From an uncultured Methanomassiliicoccales archaeon (GTDB lineage Archaea; Thermoplasmatota; Thermoplasmata; Methanomassiliicoccales; UBA472): DNA of 64,000 bases. The notes under the pieces were generated by a model that was given only the letters and a program-made list of their open reading frames with translations, did not search any database and was not told the DNA's origin. Positions 40,764 through 50,018 of the stretch are shown here, in pieces; the stretch's first letter is position 1, and the number at the start of each line of letters is the position of its first letter. Made by a program: the position numbers and the translations under genes. The stretch lies in contig CAVQBH010000015.1 in NCBI GenBank assembly GCA_963710685.1, forward strand, positions 11,601 to 75,600. The letters run 5' to 3'.

Positions 40764-41297
40764 ATGGTCCTGATCGTTATCGCCGGAATGCCTGGAGCGG
40801 GAAAGGAGGAGCTGGTGTCGGTGGCAATGAGCAGAGGATACCAGGTAGTGAGGATGGGAGATGTGGTGAGAGAGTTCGCTTCCAGGTCCTCAATTGAAGT
40901 CGGCGATAAGGGTGTGGGGGGGTTCGCCAACGAGGAACGTCAAAAGTTCGGATACGATGTCTGGGCCAAACGCTGTTTGGAGCGGGTGATGTCCGAACGC
41001 ACCATAATCGATGGGTCGCGCGGGCCCATGGAACTGAAGGTCTATCAGGAGCGTTTCGGAAAGGACATCAGACTGGTGGCGATCCATTCCTCGCCCCTTA
41101 CCAGATATCCACGTCTGGTGCATCGTGCCCGGGCGGATGCCCCGAAGAGCAGGGAAGAGTTCGAGCTCCGGGACGAAAGGGAACTGTCCTGGGGACTGGG
41201 GTCCCTGATAGCCTTGGCGGACGTGATGATCGTCAACGAAGGAACATTGGAAGAGTTCAAGTCAAGATGCGCGGAATTGCTTGACCCGATCGCATGA
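40764..41297 (+). CDS. UPF0200-family P-loop kinase-like protein (dephospho-CoA/adenylate kinase-like fold)
   Basis: MVLIVIAGMPGAGKEE (P-loop), VRMGDVVRE, DERELSWGLGSLIALADVMIVNEGTLEEFK. Confidence 0.75.
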   Translation: MVLIVIAGMPGAGKEELVSVAMSRGYQVVRMGDVVREFASRSSIEVGDKGVGGFANEERQKFGYDVWAKRCLERVMSERTIIDGSRGPMELKVYQERFGKDIRLVAIHSSPLTRYPRLVHRARADAPKSREEFELRDERELSWGLGSLIALADVMIVNEGTLEEFKSRCAELLDPIA

Positions 41298-41562
41298 GGT
41301 TCAAGGTCGTGCGGATCTGCGGACCAGAGGCCAACACCGTTATTCAGGAGGAACGTATCGTCTTCGATCTGAAGCGGTCCACGCCATCCTTCAGCAAAGC
41401 GGCTATGTCGTCTCGGAACGGGAGGTAATGCTCCTGGCGACCAGAGAAGGCGTAGAGGTCTCGGTCTATCGCACCGACCGGATGGTCATCCACCCGGCGG
41501 AGAAGGAGAAGGCCGGGGAGATGGCGGACATGTTCCACCGGATACTGGCGTATTCTGAGTGA
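41294..41562 (+). pseudogene. Small protein, paralogue A of the next gene, frame-shifted at about 41384-41386
   Basis: MRFKVVRICGPEANTVIQEERIVFDLKRSTP (frame of the ATG at 41294) continues as ILQQSGYVVSEREVMLLATREGVEVSVYRTDRMVIHPAEKEKAGEMADMF in the frame of ORF 41281..41562. It is colinear with paralogue B. Confidence 0.5.
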
Positions 41563-41604
41563 GAGACGATGTTTTCAATAGACGGTCGTCAATAGCTTCT
41601 ATAG

Positions 41605-41877
41605 ATGAAGTTCAGGATCATCCGAATATGCAAGTCTGAGGCCATGTCCGCGGTCCCCCAGGCGCCGGTACGCTTCGATCTCGATAGGTCATCGGCATCG
41701 CTCCGTACCAACGGATATAAGGTCCAGGAGAATCAGGTCATGGTCATTGCGAAGAAGGACAACGTCGAGGTGACATTGTACATGAACGGAAGATTGCTGG
41801 TAACCCCGGCGACCGACAAGGAAGCGGTCCGAAAGTTGGCAGAAGAGTTCTATTCTTATCTGGTTTTGGAAAGATGA
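41605..41877 (+). CDS. Small protein, paralogue B (possible single TBP-lobe-like fold)
   Basis: MKFRIIRICKSEAMSAVPQAPVRFDLDRSSASLRTNGYKVQENQVMVIAKKDNVEVTLYMNGRLLVTPATDKEAVRKLAEEFYSYL. Confidence 0.5.
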   Translation: MKFRIIRICKSEAMSAVPQAPVRFDLDRSSASLRTNGYKVQENQVMVIAKKDNVEVTLYMNGRLLVTPATDKEAVRKLAEEFYSYLVLER

Positions 41878-41893
41878 AATTCGCCGATCAAAA

Positions 41894-42262
41894 CTACTGG
41901 TTGGTCTGGTGATTTGTGGTGGATGATCCACTTTCCGGATTCAACTTCAGGTCGAAGCTGCTCTTTCCGCCATCCTTGAATTCTGTTGTCAGCACCATCC
42001 GACTGTCGTTAATGATCAGCGACATGCGTTCCATGTTGGACGAATAGGTTCGATTGCGTTTGTTCGATCCTATTCCTTTCAGCAATCCCAATTTTTCCAG
42101 GTCCTTAATCCTCCTATAGCATTTTACTTGCGGTATCTTAAGTACATCACAGAGCTCTCTCACCCCTCTCGGGTTTGTGTATGTAAGAGCAAGGATCTTC
42201 GCAGCATCGGCGTCAAGCGCTAATTCCGCTAGATCAAACCCCACGGCCTTCGATTCCATCAA
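41894..42262 (-). CDS. Winged-helix transcriptional regulator (ArsR/TrmB-like)
   Basis: AKILALTYTNPRGVRELCDVLKIPQVKCYRRIKDLEKLGLLK is a helix-turn-helix plus wing pattern. Confidence 0.6.
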   Translation of the reverse strand: MMESKAVGFDLAELALDADAAKILALTYTNPRGVRELCDVLKIPQVKCYRRIKDLEKLGLLKGIGSNKRNRTYSSNMERMSLIINDSRMVLTTEFKDGGKSSFDLKLNPESGSSTTNHQTNQ

Positions 42263-42519
42263 AACTATCGAACGGTACGATTTATATATAGTGATATTCT
42301 CGAGATTCTCCCGACTGATAGTGATAATAGCGCTGTTCTCTACCTATCCAGTAAGTTAACGGATCGTTGGAATCGCTCGAAAATTGGTTAGTTTCCGATA
42401 ATGTTTAGCAGTGGTCTCGGAACGACCTTTCAAATTAACAAAAAGTGGAATTTGGGAGCGACTATATATCCACAATCGCGGACATTTTCCGGCAAGAAGG
42501 AGATGGCTTGAGGAATCGG

Positions 42520-45500
42520 ATGGGCGTTGCGGCACTAGCTCTGCTTCTCGTCGCTCTCTTACTGGCGACGGGCTTCAGCACGGGCTCAGGCTCAAGACCC
42601 CAGGACGGGGTCGACGCCAACCCCGCCGCAAGAACGCCCCTAACCAGTTCCCAGAGCGAGAACTACAGTCAACTGAACCAGTTCCGATCGGGAACGGTGT
42701 TCGACAATCAATCCTATAGCATCGGTGTCGATCCCCTATCCCAGGATTTTGCCGTGGGTGATCTGAACCATGATGGCCTAAGCGACGTGGCGGTCATCAG
42801 CAAACAGACCAATGAGATCTGCATCTATGACCGGACCTCAAGCGGAGCCCTTTCCAGCATTCCTTTGAAACTCTCAAAATCGGACATTGTCGACATGCGG
42901 AGTATAGCGATCGGCGATTTGAACAATGATGGGTTGAACGACATTGTTGTGAGCTTTAACACCTCTGCTGGCGATGGTCGCATCGCGATTTTCAATCAAT
43001 CATTATCGTCTCCGTTCTTTAGCCCGACAAATGTCATGGAATTGAACTTGGGAGACCTCGAGCCGAACAAGGTCGTCGTGGGCAAATTCAATGGCCAATC
43101 AAACATATGCATAGCTACCGTCTGCATGGGTTCTTCTTCCTACGCTGACGATTCTATTGTTATCTGGAAATATCCTTTTCGACTTGCGGTTAACGACAGA
43201 TGCAAGATATCAATTCCGACTTTCACCAAAAGCAAATTCCTGGCTGCGGGAGATGTGGACGGAGGAGGGTTGACAGATCTCGTTGTTGGAAATGAGAGCG
43301 GTAGCAATGTCCTAATCGCTTTACAACCAACGACCTGGGGAAGCCCCTGGTCTCTTTACCTAAAAACAATTCCTGGCTTGGCATCTGATATACAACTTGC
43401 GGATGTAACTGGAGACGGCCGGTGCGACCTCATCTTTGCAGATGCCAGCAATACCGGTGGATATTCAACGGTCCGTATCTATCCAAATGTTGGCAATGGC
43501 TTTCCGACCAATCCCCCCCATGCACCGATTAGAACCCCTCTTGGTCTTGGAACTGTCGCAGTTGGCGATCTCAATAACGATTCTATCATGGATCTGGTTG
43601 CCCTGTCGAATGGATATGCTAATTGCAGCACTTTCTTCCAGAACGGAACGGGATTCTTCAGCCAGTACTCTAGCCTCACTTTTCCCGTTGATGAATCCCC
43701 ATTGAAGGCCATCGTCGATGACTCGATGGTAGGCCATGAAGGGATCTTCATACTGTGCCAGGGACCGACCGGAGCAAATGGAACGCTTACCTGGTTCACG
43801 GCAAACCCAAGACTGACGGGAAACTCCAATGCCAATGCCTTCTCCAGTACCGATAGACCGAAATTGCTGACCTCAGGCAAACTGGCGAACGGAGACGTCG
43901 TTGTGGCCTCCACATTAACCACATCGAACAAGGTTCTCATTTACGATGAGGGATCCAAACTATCATGGACACTGCAAACCCAGAACGCACCGATAGCAGC
44001 CATGTTCGGAAAGTTCAGTTCGACAGGTGGAGATGACCTAGCCGTGCTAAACTCGGGCTCCCATTCCATCAGCCTGTATCGCGGAGCGCAACTCTCTACC
44101 AACTATCAACCGTTCAAGAACATCACCCTTCCATTCTCGAACCCTTCTAGTCTTTTCGCAAAGAGTCTAAGGACAGATGGCTTTGATGATCTGTTGGTCG
44201 GCTACGGACAGGGTTGCTACATATTGTACAACACCGAGGACGGTCAATCCTTTAGCCTGGCTCTCAACGAAACAATAGGCGGTACGATTCCCGGAAATCG
44301 AGCAGCTATCGTTGTCAGCGATTTCAATATGGACGGCCATATGGATGTTGCCCTACTGAATACAGCCGCCAACAAGGTGGAAATCTATCTTAGGAAAGCG
44401 GTGGGCACCCCAGGATCTTACTACCATCATATGCCGATAACCAACCTAACTGCAGACAGCGATCTTATGCTTACCATCGCTTCGGGAGACCTTGGAGGAA
44501 CAAGCTCTGAAGACATATCGGCTGTCACCCAGGATGGAAGATTATTGATCTTCTTGCAGCAAGACTATGGTTTCACAGACGCAGTATCCTATCCTGACAT
44601 ATCAATTCAATTAATAGGGAAACCATCGTCACTGGCCGTTGGGGACGTTAACGACGACGGTCTTACAGATGTCTTGATCGGCTACTCCGATTCACCCCGC
44701 CTGGCAGCCTATCTGAGAACAGATAACGGCACATTCACCAACAGCTTCAACTTCACGACCGGAGCAGCCCCCTCAGCTGTGCTGGCCCTGGATGTTAACG
44801 GAGACGGAAGGACCGACATTCTCTGCGCATCGCCTGGAAGCCACTCCATCAGCATCTGGCTGCAGAATGACCTGGCCCCGTTGGCACTGATGGTGGGGCC
44901 AACCCAACAGTACCGGGGGCAGAGCGCGTCGTTCAGCGGGGCGGACAGCCAGGACTCCTATTCAGACACGGCCAGCCTGAACTACACCTGGACGTTCGGG
45001 GACGGAACGACCGGTTACGGCATGACGACGTCGCACATGTATGGGGCCAACCTCACCTACCAGGTCGTGCTTACGGTGACGGACAGGGACGGACTGAGAA
45101 ATTCCGTCACCAATAGTATCAAGATCGTTCAGACATACCCTTCGGCGAGCTTCACCATCACGCCCCCATCGCCTTCCGAAGGAACCTGGGTGTCCTTTAA
45201 CGATTCGAGCCATTCCTCCAACGTCTCCCATTCGGCCATTCGGGGCTGGCAATGGGAGTTCGATGGGGCGCCCTCGAACACCACATCCAATGCTAGGCAT
45301 CGGTTCGGGGCGGGGGAGCACACCGTCAGGCTGACGGTCAGGGATGCTGACGGCATATCGAACTCCACCCCTCTGCATTTCTTCAATGTGACCGAATCAA
45401 GACCCATGGCCGGTTTCCAAAGCTCCCCGGCCAAGGTGGGCTCCCCCGTTTATCTCAACAGCACCAGCGTGTTCGCCTGGACCCCCATCGTACGCTACTG

Positions 45501-47280
45501 CTGGAACTTCGGGGACGGCAATTCGGTGAACGGAACCGGATCGAACGTGGTCCATACCTTCACCATGAAAGGATGGTACCGGATCGTCCTGAACGTCACC
45601 GATGCGCAGGGGTTCACGGACGAGATCGCCCATTGGCTCTTGGTGACGGCGACGCCGCCGACGGCCACCATCGCACTGAACGGACCATCCGCGGAGGGTA
45701 ATGTCTCCAGGTTCTCCGTCTGCACATCATCGTTCAATCCGATCATTTCCTGGAACTGGTCGTACGACAACAACCAGACCTGGCACCTGTTTCAGAGCGA
45801 AATGGCCGGCGCCTCCTTCACGTTCGCCAACAGCGGCGAACATTGGGTTAGCCTGAACGTGACCGAGACGGATGGCTCATGGTACGTCGCCGGGATGATG
45901 GTGGAAGTGCAGGAAACAAACCCCCGGATCCAGGGATTCGGGGCGTCCGACGGATCGGTCTGTGAACTGGACCAGAACGTGAGCTTCTGGGTTTCGGCCG
46001 TTTCGTACAAGCCCATCACCAAGTATGAATGGAATTTCGATTTCGGATCGGGAGGTGTTTGGGTGGCGTCCACCCCGTTCCTGACCAATCACACCTCCTG
46101 CGCCTTCACGAGACCCGGTATCCACTATGTGACGGTCAGGGTCTGGGATGATGATGGCTTCACGCAATACGGCTCCTATCTCGAGGTGCAGGTCAACGAC
46201 CCTGCTCCGAAAGCGCACTTCAGCTTCCAGAACTCGACCCAGAACAGCGGAGTGGTGCTGTTCGATGCCACCCTGTCCACCGACAATCCTTCGGACACCG
46301 CATCGCTGACCTATGCCTGGAACTTCGGGGACCAGGGCGGGTGGACCAATTTCTCCGCCAGTAACCGGGCCGTATCCCATGGGTTCGGCAGTGATGGACG
46401 GTACAACATCACCCTCATCGTCAAGGACCAATGGGGTTCGGAATCGCCCTTGGCCCAGTCCATCATACTGGTGGACCGGACCCCTCCTTTGGTGGTGATG
46501 GAGTCCACAGGCAGCAATGCCAGTGCTTCACAGGCCATCGTGGTGTCGGTCAAGGTGACGGACCAGTTCGGGGTCAAGAACGTGACCCTGGTGTACCGGG
46601 TCAACAGTGGCAACGAGACCTCCATCACGATGACCCCCATGAACGAGCCGGACACGTTCTACGCCCAGATACCGGCCCAGGGGACCGGCACGAACGTTTC
46701 CTACCGGATAACCGCCATAGACACGAACAGCAACCCGTATTCCACCCAGACGTATGTCCTGAACATCAAGGCAGCCCCATCGCCGGGGATCTCCCCGGAG
46801 TATCTGGGGCTGCTGATGGTGATCGCGATCATCGCGGCGATACTGGGGCTGCTGGTCTACCGGGCGCTGGTCCCGGTGGACGAGGTGTTCATCATATTCC
46901 AGGACGGTCAGCTCATGGCGCACCAGACCAGGCGCATCAAGCCAGGGATGGACGATGACATACTGGCCTCCATGTTCGTGGCAATCCAGATGTTCGTCAA
47001 GGACTCGTTCAAGGACGAGTCCTCGACCGGCCTGAACCGTCTCGACTTCGGGAACAAGAAGATCCTGGTGGAGAAGGGAGAATCGTTCTATCTGGCGGTG
47101 GTGCTGCATTCCGACCGGACCGGATCTGTCCCGAAACGCATGCGCACCGTCATCGAGGACATCCAAATGAACTTCGGACCGGCGCTGAAGGCCTGGGATG
47201 GGGACCTGGAGAAGGTCCGAGGGGTCAAGGACTCCGTTGGTCCGTTGGTGAATCACAGGGGACCTTTCGGTAACAAGTGA
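42520..47280 (+). CDS. Giant surface protein: FG-GAP/VCBS beta-propeller repeats, six PKD domains, an Ig-like domain, a TM helix and a cytoplasmic roadblock-like domain
   Basis: Signal/TM at the N-terminus (MGVAALALLLVALLL). Repeated GDLNxDGLxDhhh motifs. PKD signatures (YTWTFGDG..., WNFGDG..., AWNFGDQ...) with ..VTDxxG.. motifs. TM helix LLMVIAIIAAILGLLVY at about 46810-46860, then a 140-aa tail. Many N-x-S/T sequons. The ORF track starts at the GTG at 42445. Confidence 0.85.
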   Translation: MGVAALALLLVALLLATGFSTGSGSRPQDGVDANPAARTPLTSSQSENYSQLNQFRSGTVFDNQSYSIGVDPLSQDFAVGDLNHDGLSDVAVISKQTNEICIYDRTSSGALSSIPLKLSKSDIVDMRSIAIGDLNNDGLNDIVVSFNTSAGDGRIAIFNQSLSSPFFSPTNVMELNLGDLEPNKVVVGKFNGQSNICIATVCMGSSSYADDSIVIWKYPFRLAVNDRCKISIPTFTKSKFLAAGDVDGGGLTDLVVGNESGSNVLIALQPTTWGSPWSLYLKTIPGLASDIQLADVTGDGRCDLIFADASNTGGYSTVRIYPNVGNGFPTNPPHAPIRTPLGLGTVAVGDLNNDSIMDLVALSNGYANCSTFFQNGTGFFSQYSSLTFPVDESPLKAIVDDSMVGHEGIFILCQGPTGANGTLTWFTANPRLTGNSNANAFSSTDRPKLLTSGKLANGDVVVASTLTTSNKVLIYDEGSKLSWTLQTQNAPIAAMFGKFSSTGGDDLAVLNSGSHSISLYRGAQLSTNYQPFKNITLPFSNPSSLFAKSLRTDGFDDLLVGYGQGCYILYNTEDGQSFSLALNETIGGTIPGNRAAIVVSDFNMDGHMDVALLNTAANKVEIYLRKAVGTPGSYYHHMPITNLTADSDLMLTIASGDLGGTSSEDISAVTQDGRLLIFLQQDYGFTDAVSYPDISIQLIGKPSSLAVGDVNDDGLTDVLIGYSDSPRLAAYLRTDNGTFTNSFNFTTGAAPSAVLALDVNGDGRTDILCASPGSHSISIWLQNDLAPLALMVGPTQQYRGQSASFSGADSQDSYSDTASLNYTWTFGDGTTGYGMTTSHMYGANLTYQVVLTVTDRDGLRNSVTNSIKIVQTYPSASFTITPPSPSEGTWVSFNDSSHSSNVSHSAIRGWQWEFDGAPSNTTSNARHRFGAGEHTVRLTVRDADGISNSTPLHFFNVTESRPMAGFQSSPAKVGSPVYLNSTSVFAWTPIVRYCWNFGDGNSVNGTGSNVVHTFTMKGWYRIVLNVTDAQGFTDEIAHWLLVTATPPTATIALNGPSAEGNVSRFSVCTSSFNPIISWNWSYDNNQTWHLFQSEMAGASFTFANSGEHWVSLNVTETDGSWYVAGMMVEVQETNPRIQGFGASDGSVCELDQNVSFWVSAVSYKPITKYEWNFDFGSGGVWVASTPFLTNHTSCAFTRPGIHYVTVRVWDDDGFTQYGSYLEVQVNDPAPKAHFSFQNSTQNSGVVLFDATLSTDNPSDTASLTYAWNFGDQGGWTNFSASNRAVSHGFGSDGRYNITLIVKDQWGSESPLAQSIILVDRTPPLVVMESTGSNASASQAIVVSVKVTDQFGVKNVTLVYRVNSGNETSITMTPMNEPDTFYAQIPAQGTGTNVSYRITAIDTNSNPYSTQTYVLNIKAAPSPGISPEYLGLLMVIAIIAAILGLLVYRALVPVDEVFIIFQDGQLMAHQTRRIKPGMDDDILASMFVAIQMFVKDSFKDESSTGLNRLDFGNKKILVEKGESFYLAVVLHSDRTGSVPKRMRTVIEDIQMNFGPALKAWDGDLEKVRGVKDSVGPLVNHRGPFGNK

Positions 47281-47322
47281 CCCGAGCAATGGGTTTATAT
47301 CACCAAACCGTTAAGCTGGGCA

Positions 47323-48054
47323 ATGTCGGTCATCGAGAACCTGGCGATCATCCTGGCCCTGTGCGCCCTGCTGTCGCTGATCTCCTACAAGTTCGGACTG
47401 CTGACGCCCAGCGGCAGCGCGGCGTCCTTCGTCATGGGAGTGGTCATCGGTGTCTTCGGCTCGATCAACTGGCTCATCATGCTGATAGCCTTCGCTTTGG
47501 CCGGGTTCGTGGTGACCCGGTACAAGATCGATATCAAGATGAGGAACGGCCTGCAGGAAGGGAAGAAAGGGGAAAGGACGTACAAGAACGTCTTCGCCAA
47601 TGCCTTCGTGCCGGCAATGATCGCGGTGATCTCGTTTGCCGCCGGAATGCAGAACCAGCCCATCGCCGTCCTTGCTTACCTCTGCTCCATCAGCGTCGCC
47701 GCGGCTGACACGATCGCCAGTGAGCTGGGCGTGCTGAGCCCGCATGTTCGGCTGATCACGAATTTCAAGAAGGTGCCGGCGGGGACCGATGGCGGCATCT
47801 CCCTCTACGGCACTTTCTGGGCCATCATGGCGTCCATCTTCGTTTCACTCGCTGGCTGGGTGGTGCTCTTCCCCGGGATGTCGATCGACGGAAGGGTGTT
47901 AGTGCCGATCGTAATGGGAGTGTTCGGCTGCATGGTGGACTCGCTCATAGGGGCCACGTTCGAGACCTGGAAGATGGTCGACAAGCTCGGCAACAACGTC
48001 TCATCGATGGCCATCGGAACTGTGGTAGGGGTGCTGGTCCTGCTGTTCGTCTGA
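47323..48054 (+). CDS. DUF92 / TIGR00297-family integral membrane protein
   Basis: 243 aa, polytopic. GSAASFVMGVVIG...GERTYKNVFANAFVPA...AAADTIASELG. Confidence 0.7.
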   Translation: MSVIENLAIILALCALLSLISYKFGLLTPSGSAASFVMGVVIGVFGSINWLIMLIAFALAGFVVTRYKIDIKMRNGLQEGKKGERTYKNVFANAFVPAMIAVISFAAGMQNQPIAVLAYLCSISVAAADTIASELGVLSPHVRLITNFKKVPAGTDGGISLYGTFWAIMASIFVSLAGWVVLFPGMSIDGRVLVPIVMGVFGCMVDSLIGATFETWKMVDKLGNNVSSMAIGTVVGVLVLLFV

Positions 48055-48089
48055 AGGCGCGGGCCATTGATTAATTACTAAATATCCCG

Positions 48090-48644
48090 ATGTCCCAGAA
48101 TGGAGATGATGCGGTGCAGATAGAGGTGAGGCCGGGCGCACTCTACTTCCTGAAGGGAAAGGAAGATGGCCGGGTACGGGAGCTGGTGGCGGGCCTCGGA
48201 TCTGCCGGATATCGTTGGATGGTGGTCTCCGCTCGTTCGCCAGACTTGTTGCATAATGACCTGAGGGGCCCGGTCGACTGCGTTCTAACCCTTACCGAAT
48301 CGGTGGGGCAAAACTCCGTCGACCCCCAGAACCTCATGGTCCTCGCGGATACCATCACCAAGTTCATCGAAAACGATGGTCGGTCGGCCCTGTTGATCGA
48401 GGACCTCGAACTGCTCAAAGAGAAGAACGAGTTCTCCCGCATCCTCCGTTTGGTGGGATTCGTCTACGAATCCTTAGCAATCAACCGCGGAATCGGGTTC
48501 ATCATGATGGAGCCACGGTCCTGGGACGCAAAGGAGACGGCGCACCTGAGCAAGGAAGGGAACATGGTGGAGGAGAAGGACCGGCTGGAACTGAGGCCTC
48601 TTCATCCACGCAACTCCGGAATCCGCCCATCCCAGAATGTTTAA
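48090..48644 (+). CDS. DUF835-domain protein
   Basis: GALYFLKGKEDGRVRELV..GYRWMVVSARSPD...ALLIEDLELLKEKNEFSRILRLVGFVYE matches the archaeal DUF835 pattern. No Walker A motif is seen. Confidence 0.65.
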   Translation: MSQNGDDAVQIEVRPGALYFLKGKEDGRVRELVAGLGSAGYRWMVVSARSPDLLHNDLRGPVDCVLTLTESVGQNSVDPQNLMVLADTITKFIENDGRSALLIEDLELLKEKNEFSRILRLVGFVYESLAINRGIGFIMMEPRSWDAKETAHLSKEGNMVEEKDRLELRPLHPRNSGIRPSQNV

Positions 48645-48648
48645 ATAT
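48640..48648 (+). promoter_or_regulatory. TATA box of 5S rRNA copy 1 (overlaps the DUF835 stop codon)
   Basis: TTTAAATAT lies 25 nt upstream of AATGG, the start of the 5S terminal helix. The same TTAAATAT motif and spacing precede copy 2. Confidence 0.55.
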
Positions 48649-48672
48649 GACCGTTGGCTTCGGAGGATTAAG

Positions 48673-48801
48673 AATGGTATGACGGCCAAAGAGGCGGGGA
48701 TACGCCTGGTCTCATCCGAACCCAGAAGCTAAGCCTGCCGTCGTTCGGCGTTGTACTGTGGTGCGCGAGCCCACGGGAACCTCCGAAAGCTGTCAGCCAT
48801 T
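48673..48801 (+). rRNA. rrf: 5S ribosomal RNA, copy 1
   Basis: Terminal helix AATGG..TGACGGC / GCTGTCA..CCATT. The internal CCGAACCCAGAAGCTAAGCC and GTACTGTGGTGCGCGAGCCCACGGGAA match conserved 5S loop and helix regions. The ends are approximate. Confidence 0.9.
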
Positions 48802-48918
48802 CTTATTCTCTATAACTTAACCCTCAGCGCAACCTTCAGCCAGCAGCTCATTGTCCGGAAGGGATGTTCCACGAAGCCCGGGGCGCAATTCACCTGGCCT
48901 TCCCCGCTGGGAAAAATA

Positions 48919-48926
48919 TTAAATAT
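48919..48926 (+). promoter_or_regulatory. TATA box of 5S rRNA copy 2
   Basis: TTAAATAT lies 25 nt upstream of the copy 2 AATGG. Confidence 0.55.
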
Positions 48927-48950
48927 CATGTTCGCGTGACGGGGATTAAG

Positions 48951-49079
48951 AATGGTATGACGGCCAAAGAGGCGGGGATACGCCTGGTCTCATCCGAACC
49001 CAGAAGCTAAGCCTGCCGTCGTTCGGCGTTGTACTGTGGTGCGCGAGCCCACGGGAACCTCCGAAAGCTGTCAGCCATT
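48951..49079 (+). rRNA. rrf: 5S ribosomal RNA, copy 2
   Basis: It lies within a 143-bp block (48943-49085) that is base-for-base identical to 48665-48807. Confidence 0.9.
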
Positions 49080-49353
49080 CTTATTTTCATCATGATTATT
49101 TTGATTGACTTGTTCAATCCAAAATTCCTCCTCCGGAAAGAACCCCGGTTGTTCGAAGCAAATTCAGCTGGGCGATCAGTCATTCGGCCGGACCCACGTC
49201 TCCCGGCATGACCGACCGAACCGTTCCGATAAGAACGATAAATCAGCGATCGGACTGACGAAGAAAACGGACATCGTTAGTCAGTATTCAAATCGCAAAA
49301 TGAAAACATAGGTTTAATATCGCTGATACTGGTAGTCACCCAAATCAATAAAG

Positions 49354-50013
49354 ATGGTGCCGAAGATGGACTCTGATCTGACCCTGGTGATTGTTCTGCT
49401 CATCGTCCTCGGAATCGCCCTCTTTTTTGAATTTAGGTACATCCGGGGCAAGAAGGACGACACCATCGATCTGGCCTTGAACAAGGACGAGGCGTTCAAT
49501 ACCCTGAACACCACCCAGGCGGTGAGCCGGGCACTGAAGGACCGGGGCCGGGACACCGGACCGGCAGAGATGGAGCTACTCCGCGCCAGTCTGGCCTACG
49601 ATCGTCGCAGCTATGTGGAGAGCATAGAGTCGGTCAAAAAGGCGAAGAAACTCCTGGATGAGGCACCCATCTTGGCGTTGCCTGACGAGCCGGAGAAGGT
49701 CTCACTGGAATCGGATCCCTCCGATGAGGAGGAAAAGGTCCAGGAGCACGCGAACATCGGCGAGACGAAGAAGCTTCCGCCTAACTACCTGGAATCCAAG
49801 TTCATGATCAACACCGCCGGCGATGAGATCGAGAAGAGCCGGTCGGAGGGCAAGGACGTCACCGCTTCGGTGTGTCTGCTGGACGAGGCGAAGATGGCGT
49901 TCGATTGCAAGGACTACGATGTGGCGCTGAGGAAATCCCTGAAGGCCAAGAAGGGAGCGGAGGGGCCATCGGAACCGGTGGTGCTACAGGTCGTCAAGAC
50001 CGCCCCCCCTTGA
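49354..50013 (+). CDS. N-terminally membrane-anchored acidic helical protein (possibly the N-terminal part of a fusion with the next ORF)
   Basis: TM helix LTLVIVLLIVLGIALFF followed by a charged helical region. It ends ..VVKTAPP* immediately after a C7 run. Confidence 0.5.
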   Translation: MVPKMDSDLTLVIVLLIVLGIALFFEFRYIRGKKDDTIDLALNKDEAFNTLNTTQAVSRALKDRGRDTGPAEMELLRASLAYDRRSYVESIESVKKAKKLLDEAPILALPDEPEKVSLESDPSDEEEKVQEHANIGETKKLPPNYLESKFMINTAGDEIEKSRSEGKDVTASVCLLDEAKMAFDCKDYDVALRKSLKAKKGAEGPSEPVVLQVVKTAPP

Positions 50014-50018
50014 CCAAG

